Source: an uncultured Planctomycetaceae bacterium
Lineage (GTDB): Bacteria > Planctomycetota > Planctomycetia > Planctomycetales > Planctomycetaceae
Reading direction: 5' to 3'
Length of the DNA stretch: 64,000 nt
Assembly (NCBI GenBank): GCA_963815195.1
Contig: CAWFGE010000019.1
Location: forward strand, 1-64,000
In this document: positions 61,394-64,000 of the stretch, in pieces
Layout of the letters: the number at the start of each line of letters is the position of its first letter
Position numbering within the stretch: position 1 is the stretch's first letter
Made by a program: the position numbers and the translations under genes
Notes under the pieces: generated by a model
What the model was told of the DNA's origin: nothing
The model's database searches: none
The model's input: the letters and a program-made list of their open reading frames with translations, nothing else

Positions 61394-63004
61394 TTACCGA
61401 TGGCGGTTCCAAGCGAGCATCAAAGGAGCCGCCGGGATCGGCAGCAGCGCGGCCAAAGCATAAAGGCACACGAGCGTTCTACCGCCCGCGTTCACAGGCA
61501 GCAGGATTTCTAAGAATGCCAACAGACCGATGGTCAAGACACCCAGCAGGGAAAGGGTTTGGCGGGAGATCAACTCCTCTCGCCACGCGGCGATGGTCCA
61601 GTCGATCGTGACGAGGGGGATCACGATCGCGGGCAGCCACAGGCCCGCCCTGGTCAGGAACCCGGCCCACTCTCGGGGAAGGACAAACTGCACAAACAGC
61701 AAATACAGCACCGGCACGCCGGCGATCAAACCGATGCCCCAGGCCATGACTTTTTCCCGCCCAGACCAGCCCAAAACGGCCATCCAACTCAGCCCGGTCC
61801 AAGCCGCCAAAAACGAACCGACCAGCATCAAGGGAATGGCGGCCATTCCGAATTCCGAGTTATGAATGTGCCACCCCAAATAGCGGTGAGGGTGGAGTTC
61901 CCGAAAGAATTCCGTGCAATACGCCGCGATCCCCACAACGAGAATGCCCCAGGTCAACAGCGTGCATTTGAAAGCATTCCAGAGCAGGCTGCGGGCCAAC
62001 TGGCTTGTCGTTACCGGCCGCGTGGAAAGAAAAGGCATCAAGACAAACTGAACCCGGTGCCGAAGATCAAGCCCCAACGCCACCCCGACGATCGTGCAGA
62101 TGAGGGTGGGAACGAAAAAGCTCAAACCGGCGAAGGTTCCAAGCACTTCTTCAACGTGAAGCTTCTCTGCCATGAAGTAATACAGAATGCCCATACAGAG
62201 CACAATCGTGCCCGATGATCCCAGCGAGTATGCGAGCCCGCGCCGCCAGAAGAACCAGTTAAGAGCTTGAGGGATTGTCGCCAGCCTCGGCACGCGGCGG
62301 CTGACGTAGTTGTCGGCGATGTCTTCCGGTTCGTTCGCGCCGGAAAACCCGCCGGATTCATGCCGGGCCAGCGACAACCCGCGCAGGCCCCAGAACACGG
62401 CGACGACGGAAACGGCGAGCATCGTCGCCAGTTCCTCCATTGACGGAGAAAACCAGGGCTGCATCGGCTTATGAAAGCCTTCCGGATGAAACCGCCGGGC
62501 GAACCAGATCACGGCCCCGGGAATCAACGCGAACGCGGCGAGCAGCTTGAAGTACGTCGGCTTCAAGAGATTCCAATTGATGCACTGCGCGAGCAACGTG
62601 AAGCTGATGAAGAACAAAGTGGGCGCGAGGAGCGGCCAATACACTTCCAACAGAAAGCGATAGGCGAGAAGGATCAGCAAGTTCGTTCCCGCGATCGTGA
62701 CGACTCCCGTGGCCATCAGCCACGCCGCCAGCGCCCGCGTCGAGATCGGCCGGGCATACAGGTGTGGATAAATCTCCCATTGAACGATCAGCGTAAGCAG
62801 CGGGAGCACCAACACGGCGAGCAGATGGTACGTCGGGTTAAAAGCAAAGGGGCCAAGCACATCGGCCGACAGACTCTGGCCGTGCAGCCACAACAGCCCG
62901 AGAATCGCGAGCGGTCCGCCGACGAACAAGATCACGGTGACGTACCAGTAAAACCGGATTCGGCGGACATATTCGACGGTCAACACCCGGTAGAGGCTGG
63001 TCAT
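61394..63004 (-). CDS. Multi-TM ABC transporter permease-like protein
   Basis: About 12 TM helices in two similar halves (YARPIST / STRPVTT); ATGA overlap with the ATPase gene. Confidence 0.75.
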   Translation of the reverse strand: MTSLYRVLTVEYVRRIRFYWYVTVILFVGGPLAILGLLWLHGQSLSADVLGPFAFNPTYHLLAVLVLPLLTLIVQWEIYPHLYARPISTRALAAWLMATGVVTIAGTNLLILLAYRFLLEVYWPLLAPTLFFISFTLLAQCINWNLLKPTYFKLLAAFALIPGAVIWFARRFHPEGFHKPMQPWFSPSMEELATMLAVSVVAVFWGLRGLSLARHESGGFSGANEPEDIADNYVSRRVPRLATIPQALNWFFWRRGLAYSLGSSGTIVLCMGILYYFMAEKLHVEEVLGTFAGLSFFVPTLICTIVGVALGLDLRHRVQFVLMPFLSTRPVTTSQLARSLLWNAFKCTLLTWGILVVGIAAYCTEFFRELHPHRYLGWHIHNSEFGMAAIPLMLVGSFLAAWTGLSWMAVLGWSGREKVMAWGIGLIAGVPVLYLLFVQFVLPREWAGFLTRAGLWLPAIVIPLVTIDWTIAAWREELISRQTLSLLGVLTIGLLAFLEILLPVNAGGRTLVCLYALAALLPIPAAPLMLAWNRHR

Positions 63005-63900
63005 TGGTCGATCTCCGCGGTTCGGGATCGCACGACGAAAATCTCATCGAGCGTGGGGCTGCTTTCCTCAACAATAATCGCCTGCTCCGACGACAGGCCG
63101 CGGAGGAACTCCTCCTTTTGGCCGTTGCAGTAAACCGTCCATTCGTGACCTTCCCCCGTGCCATAAAGCATGCCGGGCAGCGCGGGCATGTGTTGTTGCG
63201 ATTGCTCGAAGCGGACGGTCAACCGCGAGTGCGATTCCAGAATCGTCTCCAGCGGACCGCACAGCACCAGCCGGCCCTCGTGGAGCATGGCGACGTGGTC
63301 GGAGACCCGTTGGACCTCGTCGAGCAGATGCGACGAAAACAGAATCGTCCGCCCCTCTTCCGAAACGGTGCGGATGATCGCGGTGATGATTTCCCGCCGG
63401 ACGATCGGATCGAGCCCGGAGGAAGGCTCGTCTAACACCAGCAAGGGCGGCCGATGGGCCAAAGCCTGAAGGAGCAGGATTCTCGCCCGCTGCCCCCGAG
63501 ACAGCGATTTCACTTTCTGATCGGCCGCCAGTTCAAACATGTCCCGCAGCTCTTCCGCGAACGTGTCGTCCCAATCGGGATAAAACGGCTTCACGAACGC
63601 CAAGAGCTGGCCGACGGTCATCCAGTTGGGCATTTCGCGGTCTTCTGAGAGATACCCGATCCGCCCCAAGACGCCGACCGGATCGCGGACCGGATCTTTG
63701 CCGAACACCCGCACATCCCCAATTTGGGGCTGGTAAAGCCCCAGGATGTGTTTGATGAGCGTCGTCTTCCCGGCCCCGTTTTCTCCCACCAGGCCGAACA
63801 CGCTGCCGGCGGGGATCTCGAGACTCACATCCCTAAGCGCCGCCTTCTTCCGAAACGTGCGGCAGAGACCTTGCACGTCCACGATGATGTCGCCGTTCAT
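63001..63900 (-). CDS. ABC transporter ATP-binding protein
   Basis: GENGAGKTT, LSRGQ, LLVLDEP, SSH. Confidence 0.96.
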   Translation of the reverse strand: MNGDIIVDVQGLCRTFRKKAALRDVSLEIPAGSVFGLVGENGAGKTTLIKHILGLYQPQIGDVRVFGKDPVRDPVGVLGRIGYLSEDREMPNWMTVGQLLAFVKPFYPDWDDTFAEELRDMFELAADQKVKSLSRGQRARILLLQALAHRPPLLVLDEPSSGLDPIVRREIITAIIRTVSEEGRTILFSSHLLDEVQRVSDHVAMLHEGRLVLCGPLETILESHSRLTVRFEQSQQHMPALPGMLYGTGEGHEWTVYCNGQKEEFLRGLSSEQAIIVEESSPTLDEIFVVRSRTAEIDQ

Positions 63901-64000
63901 GATGGCTCCCCTTTAGGCGGGTGATCTTGAGGATACTTGAGATGCCGTTGTTTGATCATGTTGATCAGCACATCCAGCCCGACGGCCAATTGATGGGCCT
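63897..64000 (-). CDS. 3' end of a probable GntR (YtrA-like) regulator, truncated by the window edge
   Basis: ...AHQLAVGLDVLINMIKQRHLKYPQDHPPKGEPS*; ATGA overlap with the ABC ATPase; typical operon layout. Confidence 0.55.
   Translation of the reverse strand, partial: AHQLAVGLDVLINMIKQRHLKYPQDHPPKGEPS

Overview
GC-rich bacterial chromosome segment, almost certainly Planctomycetota (Planctomycetaceae-like), judged from a DUF1501 gene, an ECF sigma/Ser-Thr kinase-WD40 pair and the repeat families. Core: tRNA-Thr/Tyr/Gly/Thr, tuf, rpmG, tRNA-Trp, secE, nusG, rplKAJL, rpoB, rpoC (7.8-23.5 kb). This is followed by ribF, an nfeD-nfeD-floA operon, corA, nadA, kptA, an HD protein, glgP, tRNA-Val, thrS and a GntR/ABC operon. 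Two accessory-looking regions are present: about 0-5.5 kb (regulator, DUF3616, S8 protease plus small partner) and about 45.6-54.7 kb (DUF1501, ECF/kinase, several gene remnants next to tRNA-Val). About nine single-base indels, five of them in the essential rpoC, look like long-read errors and recur in the same sequence contexts. Best candidates for undescribed biology: (1) a promoter- and terminator-bounded, multi-hairpin ~320-nt transcript with an extended complement of the 16S rRNA 3' end and a 14-codon ORF, followed by a 9-copy 34-bp REP-derived array and kptA; (2) a ~1280-aa protein with an S1-S4 voltage-sensor-like domain but no recognisable pore; (3) an unlisted 52-aa ORF that copies only the C-terminal motif of its convergent neighbour; (4) a two-copy MITE. 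All family assignments are from motif recognition by eye; no database search was run.
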